Numbered from the stretch's first letter, positions 37,290 through 49,657 are shown. The stretch is 64,000 nucleotides of DNA from Octopus sinensis (GCF_006345805.1 NC_042999.1:50716001-50780000); one strand, 5' to 3'. Notes: generated from the sequence alone by a model not told the origin. Translations and numbers: made by a program.

Positions 37290-37383
37290 TGGACAATAAT
37301 AGTTGCACAGAGAGGGGTACTTGCATATATGAGTAACTGCTGGTCTTCCAGAAAAATAAAATACCTTGCACATATAGGTACAA
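34369..37383 (-). CDS. RTE ORF: partial APE endonuclease, reverse transcriptase and PHD-type zinc finger (1004 codons; first about 31 derive from flank)
   Basis: ISAYAPQ, AGDFNGH, SQIDYIL, QHRLV (APE); NYRGIKLL, FVDLEKAFD, GVHQGSVLSPLLF, LYADD, FRYLG (RT); C4HC3 at 35151-35020; LHGSETW, RLRWYGHV, GRGRPRKTW (RTE C-terminus). Confidence 0.95.
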   Translation of the reverse strand: MYLYVQGILFFWKTSSYSYMQVPLSVQLLLSRRGGSARFLTGKGQRYKIFWAGNTDGVGGVGMLIAEKWVDKVIEVVRVSDRIIKIRLVLHHSLATIISAYAPQPGLPDGQKDCFYDTLLQTTSLTNDRDLLFVAGDFNGHVGRRAGGFHGVHGGYGYGSRNEEGTRLLEFCDANSLMICNTNFRKPTSHLVTYRSGRHTSQIDYILARKRERWLLINAKTFPSEECTPQHRLVVSDFRIRTKRATRRRPTWRRRVWKLKDPANGQRFRDMLFEALDEMEGSIATHGVEDNWTLLRDNLLKAADQICGWCKVPLRPKITWWWNNIVDRAIRQKKQAWKAWKNGGSREVYQSARREARRQVYLARGEAEKEKFANVLRREDERLEVFRVARQCVRENRDVVGEKCVRKEDGSLALNEGAKRETWRRHYDRLLNEENEWDKECLPNVDPTEGPAIRVNSSLVDKAIRSMKTGKAPGPSGITAEMLKISGGVGYSLVTRIVNQVIHEGVIPNDWCSSIIVNCYKGKGDALETNNYRGIKLLDQVMKVTERVVAELIRERVTLDDMQFGFVPGKSTTDAIFLVRQLQEKYLAKDKPLYLAFVDLEKAFDRVPRSLIWWSMRKLGIEEWLVRAVQAMYRDAASKVRVGNEYSEEFRVEVGVHQGSVLSPLLFIIVLQAITEEFKTGCPWELLYADDLALIAESLSELEEKFQVWKQGLESKGLRINLAKTKVLISRKVDQSQTPSGRWPCSICKKGVGRNSIRCTKCKLWTHKRCSNVKGRLTRKIVFVCGKCSGAINTGNMQRPTSATFQGDKLEIVDSFRYLGDQVSSGGGCAESVTARVRIAWAKFRELLPLLVTKGLSLRVKGRLYDACVRTAMLHGSETWAVTAEDMRKLARNEASMLRWMCNVSVHNRQSVSSLREKLNLRSVSCGVQERRLRWYGHVTRKAEDSCVQKCYTLAVEGTCGRGRPRKTWDEVVKHDLRTLGLTKEMSRDRDLWKYAVHEKTRQD

Positions 37384-37426
37384 ACCATAGGCAGACCTTG
37401 GTCAATAGCAGCCATAGAATCATAGT

Positions 37427-38030
37427 TCATCATCATCATCATCGTTTAACGTCTGTTTTCCAAGTTAGCATGGGTTGGACAGTTCCACCAGGGTCTGGGA
37501 AGCCAGGAGGCTGCACCAGGCTCCAATCTGATCTGGCAGTGTTTCTACAGTTGGATGCCCTTCCTAACACCAGCCACTCCGTGAGTGTAGTGGGTGCTTT
37601 TTACGTGCCACTGACACAAGGGCCAGAGGAGGCTGGCAAACGGCCATCATTGGTTGGTGCTTTTTATGTGTCACCGGCACGGACACCAGTCCAAGGTGGC
37701 GCTGGCATCAGCCACATTCAGATGGTACTTTTTACATGCCACCAGCATGAGTATCATAACTACATTTTCCATTTGATTTTTATTTTGATGTTGGTGTACT
37801 TGACTCAGTAGGTATCCTCAAGCACAGCAGGTCACCTTACGATCCAAAGTTAGCACAGCAGGCCGTCCTGCGAGCCATGAACTCATTTCATTTGTTGGGT
37901 CTTCACAGTCACACCATATCTCAGAGGTCTCGGTCTTTCGTCATTGCCTCTGTGAGGCCCAACGTGCCACTGGCACAGGTATCACAGCTACAATATCCAT
38001 TTTATTTTTATTTTGATGTTGATGTACTTG
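37427..38030 (-). mobile_element. 5'-truncated RTE 3' end of a different subfamily
   Basis: (CAT)n tail, GTGCCAC modules, ORF remnant LGLTEAMTKDRDL, then a second partial UTR segment at about 37967-38030. Confidence 0.8.
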
Positions 38031-38116
38031 ACATTATTGCTGTTAAATAAAGAAGGTAGCAAGCTAGCAGAATCATTAACATTCCAGACAAAAAAATGCT
38101 TCGATGCATTCTCTCT

Positions 38117-38517
38117 CTTTTACTCGTTTCAGTCATTTGACTGTGGCCATGCTGGAGCACTGCCTTTAGTCGAGCAAATCGACCCCAGGACTTATTTTTG
38201 TAAGCTTAGTACTTATTCTATCGGTCTCTTTTGTCTAACCGCTAAGTTACGGGGACGTAAATACACCAGCATTGGTTGTCAAGCGATGCTGGAGGGACAA
38301 ACACAGACACACAAATATATACACAACATATATATATATATATATACATATATACGACGGGCTTCTTTCAGTTTCTGTCGACCAAATCCACTCACAAGGC
38401 TTTGGGCGACCTGAGGCTATAGTAGAAGATACTTGCCCAAGGTGCCACACAGTGGGACTGAACCCAGAACCATGTGGTTGGTAAACAAGCTACTTACCAC
38501 ACAGCTACTCCTACGCC
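38117..38517 (-). mobile_element. SINE family A, full length
   Basis: Reverse complement of the family A layout. Confidence 0.9.
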
Positions 38518-40759
38518 TGTCTCTACAGTCTGAGTTCAACTTCCACCAAGGCCAGCTTTGCTTCTCATCCTTTCAGGTTCAATAAGACAAGTACCAGTTG
38601 AGCACTGGGGTCAATGTAATCAACCAGCCCCCCCCCCACCTCTCCACAAATTATAGGCATTGTGCTTATAATAGAAAGGATAACTGTTAAATAGAATATG
38701 ATGTGGGTGTTTGGCTCGTTATATACAAATATTGGCACCTAAAATAACACTTTAGTAAAAGTAATTGTTTTGTTCCTTCTGCTGCCCTCTATCAGATGAA
38801 TGAAAACTAAGTGATGTATAAAATTAAGAAAATATTCCGATCTATCTAGATGTCCATAATTTATAAATAACATGAGCAGGTTACAGGCAGCATGCCATTT
38901 GGCAGTAATGAGGAAAATTTGCCTGAGAGGAACTGATTAAACTGATTTTTTTTTTTCTTTCCGACTTTTCTGGACAAGATTTTTCTTCTTATTGATTCAG
39001 TTCATAGATTCTGTTTGTGTAGTTTTGATATCCATAACAATTTTCCTTCACGTTCACTTCAGTAAGACTGACTTAAATATTCCCTACCAGCTAAGTAGCT
39101 TAGATCATGCATGGAAAAAAATATTTTTCTACCAGCAGGCCTTATGAGATTTCGTTCATCATAAATCAGATTACTAAAAAAATAAGCTAACAAACATCAT
39201 CTGCAAAACAGAATATATCAGGTAAACATTTACTCTGGACTACATAATATATCATACTAAGTACAGCATACACCTTTTAAGATATTAAATACAGAGTGCC
39301 TACATATTACATTAACTATGGCGAATAACATATGCTCTAGTAGTTATAGAGTGCAACATATATTCTACGAAATATAGAGTATGGGATGCATTAAGTACTG
39401 AGTACACCATACAGTACATCATATATTACATAAAGTGCAGAGTATATCATATAATGTTAAATACAGAGAACACCATATTCCACTAAGCAAATCTCAAGTA
39501 GTTGATCATAAGATTATCTGATTGAATAAGAAAGAAATGAAACTGATCAAATTAATAACATTTGATCCAAAGATTATGCTGCGAAATTTCAGTGGATACG
39601 ATGAAAGTGAACAGGATAAAAATAAATAGGATGAAAGGCAGAATCAACCTCGGTGGAATTTGAACACAGAACATAAAGACAGACAACATGCCATTATCAG
39701 TTCTACCTAGTGTGCTAACAATTCTGCCAGCTCGCTCCCTTATTATGTTTGTATAATAGCATAAGCAAACTGACAAAGTTGTTAGAGTATTAGAAAGAAT
39801 GCATTCCTGGATTTGTTTTCATTCTATGTATCTTGTGTTCAAATTCTTATTTCTTTACTATCCACAGGGGGCTAAACATAGAAGGGACAAACAAAGACAA
39901 AGGGATTAAGTAGATTACATCAACCCCTGTGTGTAACTGGTACTTAATTTATCAACCCCGAAAGGATAAAAGGCAAAGTCGACCTCAGCAGAATTTGAAC
40001 TCAGAACGTAACAGCAGATGAAATACCGCTAAGCATTTCGCCCAGCGTGATAACGTTTCTGCCAGATCACTGCCTTCAAATTCTTGTGTTCAAATTCTGC
40101 CAAGGAAAACACAATCCTTCATTCTTTCAGATTTGATCAAAAAAAGAGCACCAATTCAAGGTGCCTGATTAGCAGAACTGTAAGAAGATCAGCCTGGATG
40201 CTTGATGATGTTTGTTTCAGATCTTTACATTCTGAGATACAATTCTACCACTGCATACACTTATTTAGCCACCTGGTTTAGCACTACCAACTGCCCCTGA
40301 CAGGTGCCTTAGATAAAGTTCATACTGTTACAAGCAAACTCTGGTGTGAGTCTGAGGATATCTTCTTCCATCTCAGAGGCCCTATACAAAGGCTTGGGCA
40401 TTGTATTCTTTCCTGACTTTAAGAAATAAAAAAAAGTAGGGGTTGAAGGCAAAAGGCCACCTACTGTCTGAGTATCATAGGTTTTCTATGTGTGGTGCAG
40501 ATTATGCCGGGATCTGCATTTCACGAACTTATTTTGAATTCTAAGCAACATACTCTTTTTTGAAGAATTTTCAGCATTTCTAAAAAAAAATGTTCTCAAA
40601 TGAACACAAAGTAAGTGGTTCACAGACACCAGAATCCTCTTTACCATGCAGAAATAGTTTGGAATTAAGCCAAAAACCTTTCTACTCCAACAAGGATAAG
40701 AATATCTAATATTGATGAGTAATATCTGATACATCTAATGTAAAATCTGTGTGTGTATG

Positions 40760-40881
40760 TGCATGTATAATATATATATACATACATACATACATACATC
40801 TAAAGATATATATATATATATATATACACATGCATATATGTATATATGTGTGTGTGTGTGTGTGTATACATATATATATAT

Positions 40882-40928
<47 letters not shown>

Positions 40929-41185
40929 CATACATACATATATTCATTTATATAAATATAAATATATATGCATACATATATATATGTATGTATATATATA
41001 TGTAAGTATGAATTATGAATATAAGTATATATGTGTGTGTGTGTATATATATACATGCGTGTGTATGTGGGTGTGAGCATGTATGTATATATATATGTCT
41101 ATATACACACGTACACACACGCACACACACATATATAATGTGGAGATTATAACAATGAGTGTGTGTGTGAGTGTGTGTGTGTGGA
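40760..41185. repeat. Compound (TA)n/(CATA)n/(TG)n microsatellite
   Basis: Direct inspection. Confidence 0.9.
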
Positions 41186-41526
41186 ATAGAATTCAGCTGA
41201 ACAGATGAAACCAGAAACATTTACAGCTGATGCCATGTTCTCAAGATGTTTGATAATGTAATCATAATATTGAAAGTATTGAAAACAAATTTACTCAAAG
41301 AGTTTCTTTTTCTTTTGTTGATGATAAGAAGAGAAATATATGTTGCTTTATTGTGGCTTTGTTGGATTATATAATTCCAATAATTTTAAGTAAAAATAAC
41401 TTTGATTCTTCTTCTTGATCAAAAATTTCAATTTCAGTGCCATGTGATATGTATATGTATGCATGTGTATGTATAGGAGAGAAAGAGTGAGAAAAGGGAT
41501 TTTTATCAATTGCTAGTATATATATA

Positions 41527-44500
41527 TATCATCATCATCATCATCATCATTTAGCGTCCGTTTTCCATGCTAGCATGGGTTGGACGGTTCTACTGGGGTC
41601 TGTGAAGCCAGAAGGCTTCATCAGGCCCAGTCAAATCTGGCAGTGTTTCTACGGCTGGATGCCCTTCCTAACGCCAACCACTCCGTGAGTGTAGTGGGTG
41701 CTTTTTACGTGCCACCCGCACTGGTGCCAGACAGAGCTGGCAAACGGCCACGAATGGATGGTGCTTTTTATGTGCCACCGGCACGAGGGCCAGGCGAGGC
41801 TGGCAACGGACACGAAACGGGGCGGTGCTGGCAACGGTCGCGAAACGGAAAGTTCTCTTACATGCCACCGGCACTGGTAACACATCTGCAATTTCCATTG
41901 ATCGATTTCCATTGATCGATTTCGATTCTGATCCTCACTTGCCTCAATGGGTCTTCACAAGCAGAGTTTCGACATGCCACCGGCACTGGTAGCACATCCG
42001 CAATTTCCATTGATCGATTTCGATTCTGATCCTCACTTGCCTCAACACGTCTTCACAAGTAGAGTTTTGTGTCCCAAGAAGGGAAGGTATGCATACGTAG
42101 GCTGGCTCCATCCCATGTAGAAGGCCACGGGTTGTGGACTCACTTGTCCTGCCGGGTCTTCTCGCGCACAGCACACTTCCAGAGGTCTCGGTCTCTAGTC
42201 ATTTCCTCAGTGAGACCTAAAGTTCGAAGGTCGTGCTTCACCACCTCGTCCCAGGTTTTCCTGGGTCTGCCTCTTCCACAGGTTCCCTCAACCGCTAGGG
42301 TGTGGCACTTTTTCACACAACTATCTTCATCCATTCTCGCCACATGACCATACCAGCGCAAACGTCTCTCTTGCACACCACAACTGATGCTTCTTAGGTC
42401 CAGCTTTTCTCTCAAGGTACTTACACTCTGCCGAGTGTGAGTACCGGCATTACACATCCATCGGAGCATACTGGCTTCATTTCTAGCGAGCTTACGCATA
42501 TCCTCAGCAGTCACGGCCCATGTTTCACTGCCATGTAGCATGGCTGTTCGTACACACGCATCATACAGTCTGCCTTTCACTCTGTGCGAGAGGCCTTTTG
42601 TCACCAGCAGAGGTAAGAGCTCTCTGAACTTTGCCCAAGCTATTCTTACTCTAGCAGTTACACTTTCAGCACACCCGCCCCTGCTGCTGACTTGGTCACC
42701 TAGGTAACGGAAACTATCAACTATTTCTAGTTTTTCTCCCTGGAAAGTGACGGAAGTTGGTCTCAGAGCATTTTCAGTGTTTATTGTTCCTGAGCATCTG
42801 CCACATACAAAAACCATCTTCCTAGTTAGCCTTCCTTTGACATTGCTGCATCTCTTATGTGTCCATAGCTTACACTTGGTGCATCTTATAGAGTTTCTAC
42901 CTACACCTTTTCTACAGATCGAGCAGGGCCATCTACCTGAAGGTGTTTGTGATTTGTCTACCTTCCTACTGATTACGACTTTGGTTTTAGCTAGATTGAC
43001 TCTGAGGCCCTTCGATTCTAATCCTTGTTTCCACACCTGAAACTTCTCCTCCAGTTCTGATAGCGACTCAGCAATTAGAGCAAGGTCATCAGCATAGAGG
43101 AGCTCCCAAGGGCATCCTGCCTTGAATTCCTCCGTTATTGCCTGGAGGACTAAGATAAATAGGAGGGGGCTGAGTACTGAGCCTTGGTGGACCCCTACCT
43201 CTACCCGGAATTCTTCACTGTACTCATTTCCAACCCTCACCCTACTAGCGGCGTCCCTATACATGGCCCGCACAGCTCTCACTAACCATTCATCTATCCC
43301 TAGTTTTCTCATTGCCCACCAGATAAGGGATCGGGGGACCCTGTCGAAGGCTTTCTCCATGTCAACAAAAGCCAGGTACAGGAGCTTATCTTTGGCTAGG
43401 TATTTCTCCTGCAGCTGCCTTACCAGGAATATAGCATCAGTAGTACTTTTCCCTGGCACAAACCCAAACTGCATCTCATCTAAACTAACTCTCTCTCTAA
43501 TTAGTTGGGCTATGACCCTCTCCGTAACCTTCATCACCTGGTCCAACAGCTTGATACCTCTGTAGTTATTTGTATCTAGGGCATCACCTTTACCTTTGTA
43601 GCAGTTGACTATTATACTGCTACACCAGTCATTGGGTATGACCCCTTTGTGTATCACCTGATTAACTATATGGGTGACTAGGCTATAGCCGACACTACCA
43701 GACATGTTGAGCATCTCTGCAGTGATTCCTGATGGGCCTGGGGCTTTCCCTGTCTTCATGCTTCTAATTGCCTTAGCTACCACAGAACTATCAACTCGGA
43801 TAGCTGGTCCCTCTGTTGGGTCAACATTCGGCAGACTCTCTTTATCCCATTCATTTTCTTCATTCAGCAACCTTTCATAGTGGCATCTCCAAACCTCTCT
43901 CTTTGCATCCTCATTTAGCGCAAGTGAACCATCTTCCATGCGAACACACTTCTCTCCTACCACATCACGATTCTCTCTCACACACTGTCTTGCAACACGA
44001 AACACCTCCAGTCTTTGGTCCTCACGGCGCAGAACATTGGCAAATTTTTTCTTATCTGCTTCCCCTCTGGCTAAATAAACCTGTCTCCTAGCTTCTCTTT
44101 TGGCAGTCTGATACAATCCCCTGCTACCCCCATTATTCCAGACCTTCCAAGCCTGTCTCTTTTCTCTAATAGCCCTGTCTACAATATTGTTCCACCACCA
44201 CGTTATTCTAGGTCAAGAGGGGACTTTGCACCAGCCACAGATCTGGTCAGAGGCTCTCAGCAGGTTGTCCCTTAGAAACGTCCAGCTGTCTTCTACCCCC
44301 TGTGATGCTCTATCCCCTTCTACTTCGTCAGAGGCTTCAAGTAATATGTCCCTAAATCTCTGTCCATTTGCAGGATCTTTAAGCTTCCAGATCCTTCTTC
44401 TCCATATTTGTCATCTTCTGGTTGTCCTCCTAGTCCTGATCCTAAAGTCACTAACTACCAGTCTATGTTGTGGGGTACATTCTTCACCTGGGAAGGTTTT

Positions 44501-45084
44501 GGCATTTATAAGCAGCCATCTCTCCCTTTGCCTTGTAAGGATGTAGTCAATTTGGCTGGTATGTTGGCCCGATTGGTAAGTGACTAGGTGGCTGGTAGGT
44601 TTCCTGAAGTTAGTGTTGCAAATCATAAGATTATTTGCATCGCAGAACTCCAGCAGCCTGGTTCCCTCCTCGTTGTGGGAGCCATAGCCATAGCCTCCAT
44701 GTACGCCATGGAAGCCCCCAGCATGTTGTCCAACGTGACCATTGAAGTCACCAGCCACAAAGATAAGGTCTCTGTCGTTCGTCAATGAGGTAGTCTGCAG
44801 TAGAGTGTCATAGAATCGGTCTTTCTGTCCATCGGGTAGCCCCGACTGAGGAGCATAGGCTGATATAATGGTTGCTAAACTATGATGAAGCACTAATCTA
44901 ATCTTAAGTATTCTGTCACTTACTCTGATTACCTCAATTACTTTATCTACCCATTTCTCAGCGATAAGTATACCCACGCCACCAACCCCGTCAGTGTTCC
45001 CTGCCCAGAAAATCTTGTACCTGCGTTCCTTGCCTGTGAGGAACCTAGCTGATCCTCCTCTCCACCTTATTTCTTGCATGCAAC

Positions 45085-45088
<4 letters not shown>
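41527..45088 (-). mobile_element. RTE-clade LINE copy 2, 5'-truncated, about 610-bp 3'UTR
   Basis: Colinear with copy 1; starts at ICCMQEIRWRGG, ends in (GAT)n, both ends abut (TA)n. Confidence 0.97.
42140..45079 (-). pseudogene. RTE ORF copy 2 with two in-frame TGA stops, no frameshift
   Basis: ORFs 45079-44411 and 44116-42140 share a frame; stops at 44413-44411 (CGA in copy 1) and 44215-44213 (AGA in copies 1 and 3). Confidence 0.9.
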
Positions 45089-45156
<68 letters not shown>

Positions 45157-45531
45157 CACAGATATATACATATATATATGATGATGATGATGATATATAC
45201 ACACACACGTACATATGTATACACAAATATATATATAGAGAGAGAGATGTATATACGTATATATATACGTGTGTGTATGTATATATAAACATATATAGAC
45301 ACACACTTATACAGTATATACATGCTCGCACTTACATACATACATATATATATGTATGTATGTATGTATTTATGTATGTATGTATGTATGTATGTATATA
45401 TAAACATATATAGACACACACATATACAGTATATACATGCATACATATATATATATATAAGAGTGGACAAACGAAAGGAAAAGGCACTCAACACATTCAG
45501 TAGGAGTTACAAGTCAAATCAAACTGTTTTA

Positions 45532-45574
<43 letters not shown>

Positions 45575-45575
45575 T
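45085..45575. repeat. Compound (TA)/(CA)/(TATG)/(AAT) microsatellite
   Basis: Direct inspection. Confidence 0.9.
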
Positions 45576-46308
45576 ATTTATTTATGTCATATCATTGAGG
45601 CAATAACCTTATAATGTGCATTTCAAAGCTCCACAAAAGTCATCAGCTACCATATGCTCTCATACAGTAGGAATACTCCTTTTATAGTTCAACAAGATGG
45701 AATGAGCTTATGATAACGAGGTTGTGAGTTCGAACCCTGGACCGGACTGCATGTTGTGTTCTTTGGTTGGCCTGAGGATATAGTAGAAGACACTTGCCCA
45801 AGGTGCCACGCAGTGGGACTGAACCCAGAACCATGTGGTTGGTAAGCAAGCTACTTACCACACAGACACTCCTGTGCCTATAAATTGTCGACCTCGGCAG
45901 AATTTGAACTCAGAACGTAAAGACAGATGAAATACCGGTACTCATTTCACCCGGTGCGCTAACCAGTGATAGTACAGAACTGGGCAAGGCATTAAGTCTA
46001 TCAGACAAAGTCAGGAACAGTTCCATCAAGTTTCAATACAGTTTCCATCTATCTAATTTCATTCACAAGGCACTAGTCAACCTAAGGCCATAGCTAAAGA
46101 CACTCAACATTAAAACCAAAGCGTTGTAGCTGCAAACCAAACTTCTTATCCACAGAGCCACAGCTAATGTAGGGGTCACTTCCAAGAATATGGCTTACTA
46201 TCAATATCAAATATAAAACTGTATTCTTTTCCCCTCACTCTAACCATTCCTTCACTCTAACAATTCTTATACTATTCTTCCTTTCACTATTCTTTCTCTC
46301 ACTCTTTT

Positions 46309-47642
46309 TATTTCTTTATTGCCCACAAGGGGCTAAACATAGAGGGGACAAACAAGGACAGACAAAGGGATTAAGTGAATTACATCAACCCCAGTGTGTA
46401 ACTGGTACTTAATTTATCGACCCCGAAAAGATGAAAGGCAAAGTCGACCTCAGCGGAATTTGAACTCTGAACGTAACAGCAGATGAAATACCTATTTCTT
46501 TACTACCCACAAGGGGCTAAACATAGAGAGGATAAACAAGGACAGACAAAGGGATTAAGTGAATTACATCAACCCCAGCATGTAACTGGTACTTAATTTA
46601 TCGACCCCTAAAGGATAAAAGGCAAAGTCGACCTTGGCGGAATTTGAACTCAGAACGTAACGGCAGACGAAATACCTATTTCTTTACTACCCACAAGGGG
46701 CTAAACACAGAGAGGATAAACAAGGATAGACAAAGGGATTAAGTGAATTACATCAACCCCAGTGTGTAACTGGTACTTAATTTATCGACCCTGAAAGGAT
46801 GAAAGGCAAAGTCAACCTCGGCGGAATTTGAACTCAGAAGGTAACAGCAGACGAAATACCTATTTCTTTACTGCCCACAAGGGGCTAAACACAGAGAGGA
46901 TAAACAAGGACAGACAAAGGGATTAAGTGAATTACATCAACCCCAGCGTGTAACTGGTACTTAATTTATCGACCCCTAAAGGATAAAAGGCAAAGTCGAC
47001 CTTGGCGGAATTTGAACTCAGAACGTAACGGCAGACGAAATACCTATTTCTTTACTACCCACAAGGGGCTAAACACAGAGAGGATAAACAAGGATAGACA
47101 AGGGATTAAGTGAATTACATCAACCCCAGTGTGTAATGGTACTTAATTTATCGACCCTGAAAGGATGAAAGGCAAAGTCAACCTCGGCGGAATTTGAACT
47201 CAGAACGTAACAGCAGACGAAATACCTATTTCTTTACTGCCCACAAGGGGCTAAACACAGAGAGGATAAACAAGGACAGACAAAGGGATTAAGTGAATTA
47301 CATCAACCCCAGCGTGTAACTGGTACTTAATTTATCGACCCCTAAAGGATAAAAGGCAAAGTCAACCTCGGCGGAATTTGAACTCTGAACGTAACAGCAG
47401 ATGAAATACCTATTTCTTTACTACCCACAAGGGGCTAAACATAGAGAGGATAAACAAGGACAGACAAAGGGATTAAGTGAATTACATCAACTCCAGCGTG
47501 TAACTGGTACTTAATTTATCGACTCCTAAAGGATAAAAGGCAAAGTCGACCTTGGCGGAATTTGAACTCAGAACGTAACGGCAGACGAAATACCGCTAAG
47601 CATTTTGCCCGGTGTGCTAACGTTTCTGCCAGCTTGCCGCCT
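46309..47642 (-). repeat. Tandem array of seven 182-184-bp SINE-B-derived units capped by one SINE head
   Basis: Units start at 46309, 46493, 46677, 46861, 47045, 47227 and 47411; the tRNA head occurs only at 47595-47642. Confidence 0.95.
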
Positions 47643-48484
47643 TTCAATTCTAACAATTCTTATACTATTCTCCCTTTCACTATTCTTTCTCTCACTGTTT
47701 CTACTCCACTCATTCTTTTACTTGATATTCTCTCTGTCTATCTGTCTCTCTCTCGCTCTCTCACTCTATCTCCACTCTTTCTTCCTCTCTCTCTTTTCCT
47801 CATTCTTTCTCTCACTCTCTCTAACATTTCTATTTCCAAGTTTCCTTCTCTCCTCTTCTCCCTCATCATTTTTCAAGCACACTCTACCTTCTTTAGTGTC
47901 CCCAGATATAAGTGTGTGTATGTGTGTGTGCGTGTGTGTGACTGTGTGTGTGTGTGTGTGTGTGAGTGTGTGTGTGTGTCTGTATGTGTGCATTCATGCA
48001 ATGTTCTTTAGTTCTTTACCCTGGATGTCTTTTTTTGTTTTTCATCTTCCATTCTAAAGTCATAATGATGCCATGATATACTGTGCTGCCTTCACCTGAG
48101 GGACCTAACCTGACTCCTCTGATTAAATATTTCCACCTTCTCAACAAATGGCTGAATCAAACATGAAATGTAAAGCTAAACTGCAATTAATTACCATACA
48201 TTCCACTGATCTCTTAATGTCTTATGGTCATTTAAGGCAATTAATCTAAGGGAGTCAATTCAATATCATCAATTCCTTAGCTAATGATAGAATAACCGTG
48301 GCTTCAACTGCATACACCACACTCAGCCAGGATTTCAGCAACATTAACCTATGCAGACACATTCATCCAACATATTGAATAGATTAAAACAAAAATCAGA
48401 GATAAGAGGTTCAATATGGAGTGATAATGAAAACAAAAAATTAGGAGAACAAAATGAGATGTAATGAAGAACTATGAGGGTATC

Positions 48485-48524
48485 AGAGAGAGAGAGAGAG
48501 AGAGAAAGTGAGTGAGAGAGAGAA

Positions 48525-48575
<51 letters not shown>

Positions 48576-48615
48576 GAGACAGGCAGGCAGGCAGGCAGGC
48601 AGACAGACAGACAGA
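48485..48615. repeat. (AG)n-(AGGC)n-(AGAC)n microsatellite
   Basis: Direct inspection. Confidence 0.9.
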
Positions 48616-49657
48616 CTAGAGATCTGATGGTTGTAATTGTTGTTCCAGGTTAACCCCCCAAGTCTGCACTGATGGAGCAGATGTGCAACATTCTACAAAA
48701 TTGTTCCAGCCATGAACCTCCCATCTGTTTAGGATTATCTTGGACTGAAATCTACTATTTTGTAATTTGAAAGGTTGTAATTTTAGTGAGATTTAGGAGC
48801 TATTTTTAGCTCCTAAATGACCATATTTGGTTCCGTCTCTCCCAGCTCAGCCAATATTGTTTATACCCCTTATGATAAGTACCAAAGAACTAAGGTCAAT
48901 ACAATCAGCACTGATTGAACAGATGTACAGCTAAATAATTACAACAACAACAGCCGCAACCGCCACCACCACCACCACCATCATTTAATGTCCGCTTTCC
49001 ATTCTAGCAGGGGTTGGACGATTTGACTGAGTACTGGCGAACCAGATGGCTGCGCCAGGCTCCAATCTGATCTGGCAGAGTTTCTACAGCTGGGTGCCTT
49101 ATGATAAAATACATATCAAAGTACAAGGGTCAATATAACTGGCTGTAACCATTGAAGCGGGTGGCCTAGCATAGCCACAGTCCAAAGACGGAAACCAGAA
49201 AAAGAGAAAAATTAATTGAAAATGTTGCAAAGTCAATAATGCTGCAGCTATTTTGTTACAACACTGTGATATTTTTAAGTTCAGTTCTCCAGGGGGTTAT
49301 CTCTGCCTTTCATCTTCTTGCTTCTATAAATTTAAAACCGCTCAAGAATTAGAGTTGATTTACATGACTCTACACCTCCTTTAAAATATGTGACTTCATG
49401 CCAATATTAAAAATCATTATTAAAAGAATATGGTCATTGGTACTTTCTGGAGTGTATAAGTTTGATCTATGTTCAGTCAAATTGTTTCTAGTGAAATGGA
49501 ATTAAGTGCAGTCAGCTAAAGAACTGTATATTGCGAAGCAAAGCAACATTAGAATGCCAATAATCACTTATATTTATTACTCTATAAAATAAAACTTTGG
49601 CACCAGTTTTACTGTTACTATGATATTTTCAATCTCTGATTTTGCTCTTCTCTTGAG

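Noticed and set aside
40085-40734. Coding-looking unique block
   Set aside because: All frames on both strands are interrupted by stops and no motif was recognised.
42060-42175. Possible HDV-like ribozyme at the RTE ORF/UTR boundary
   Set aside because: Could not build a consistent P1/P1.1/P2/P3 pseudoknot across the three copies by eye.
47562-48057. 149-150-aa Leu/Ser/Phe-rich ORFs
   Set aside because: Start in a SINE and run through a CT-rich low-complexity tract and (TG)n.
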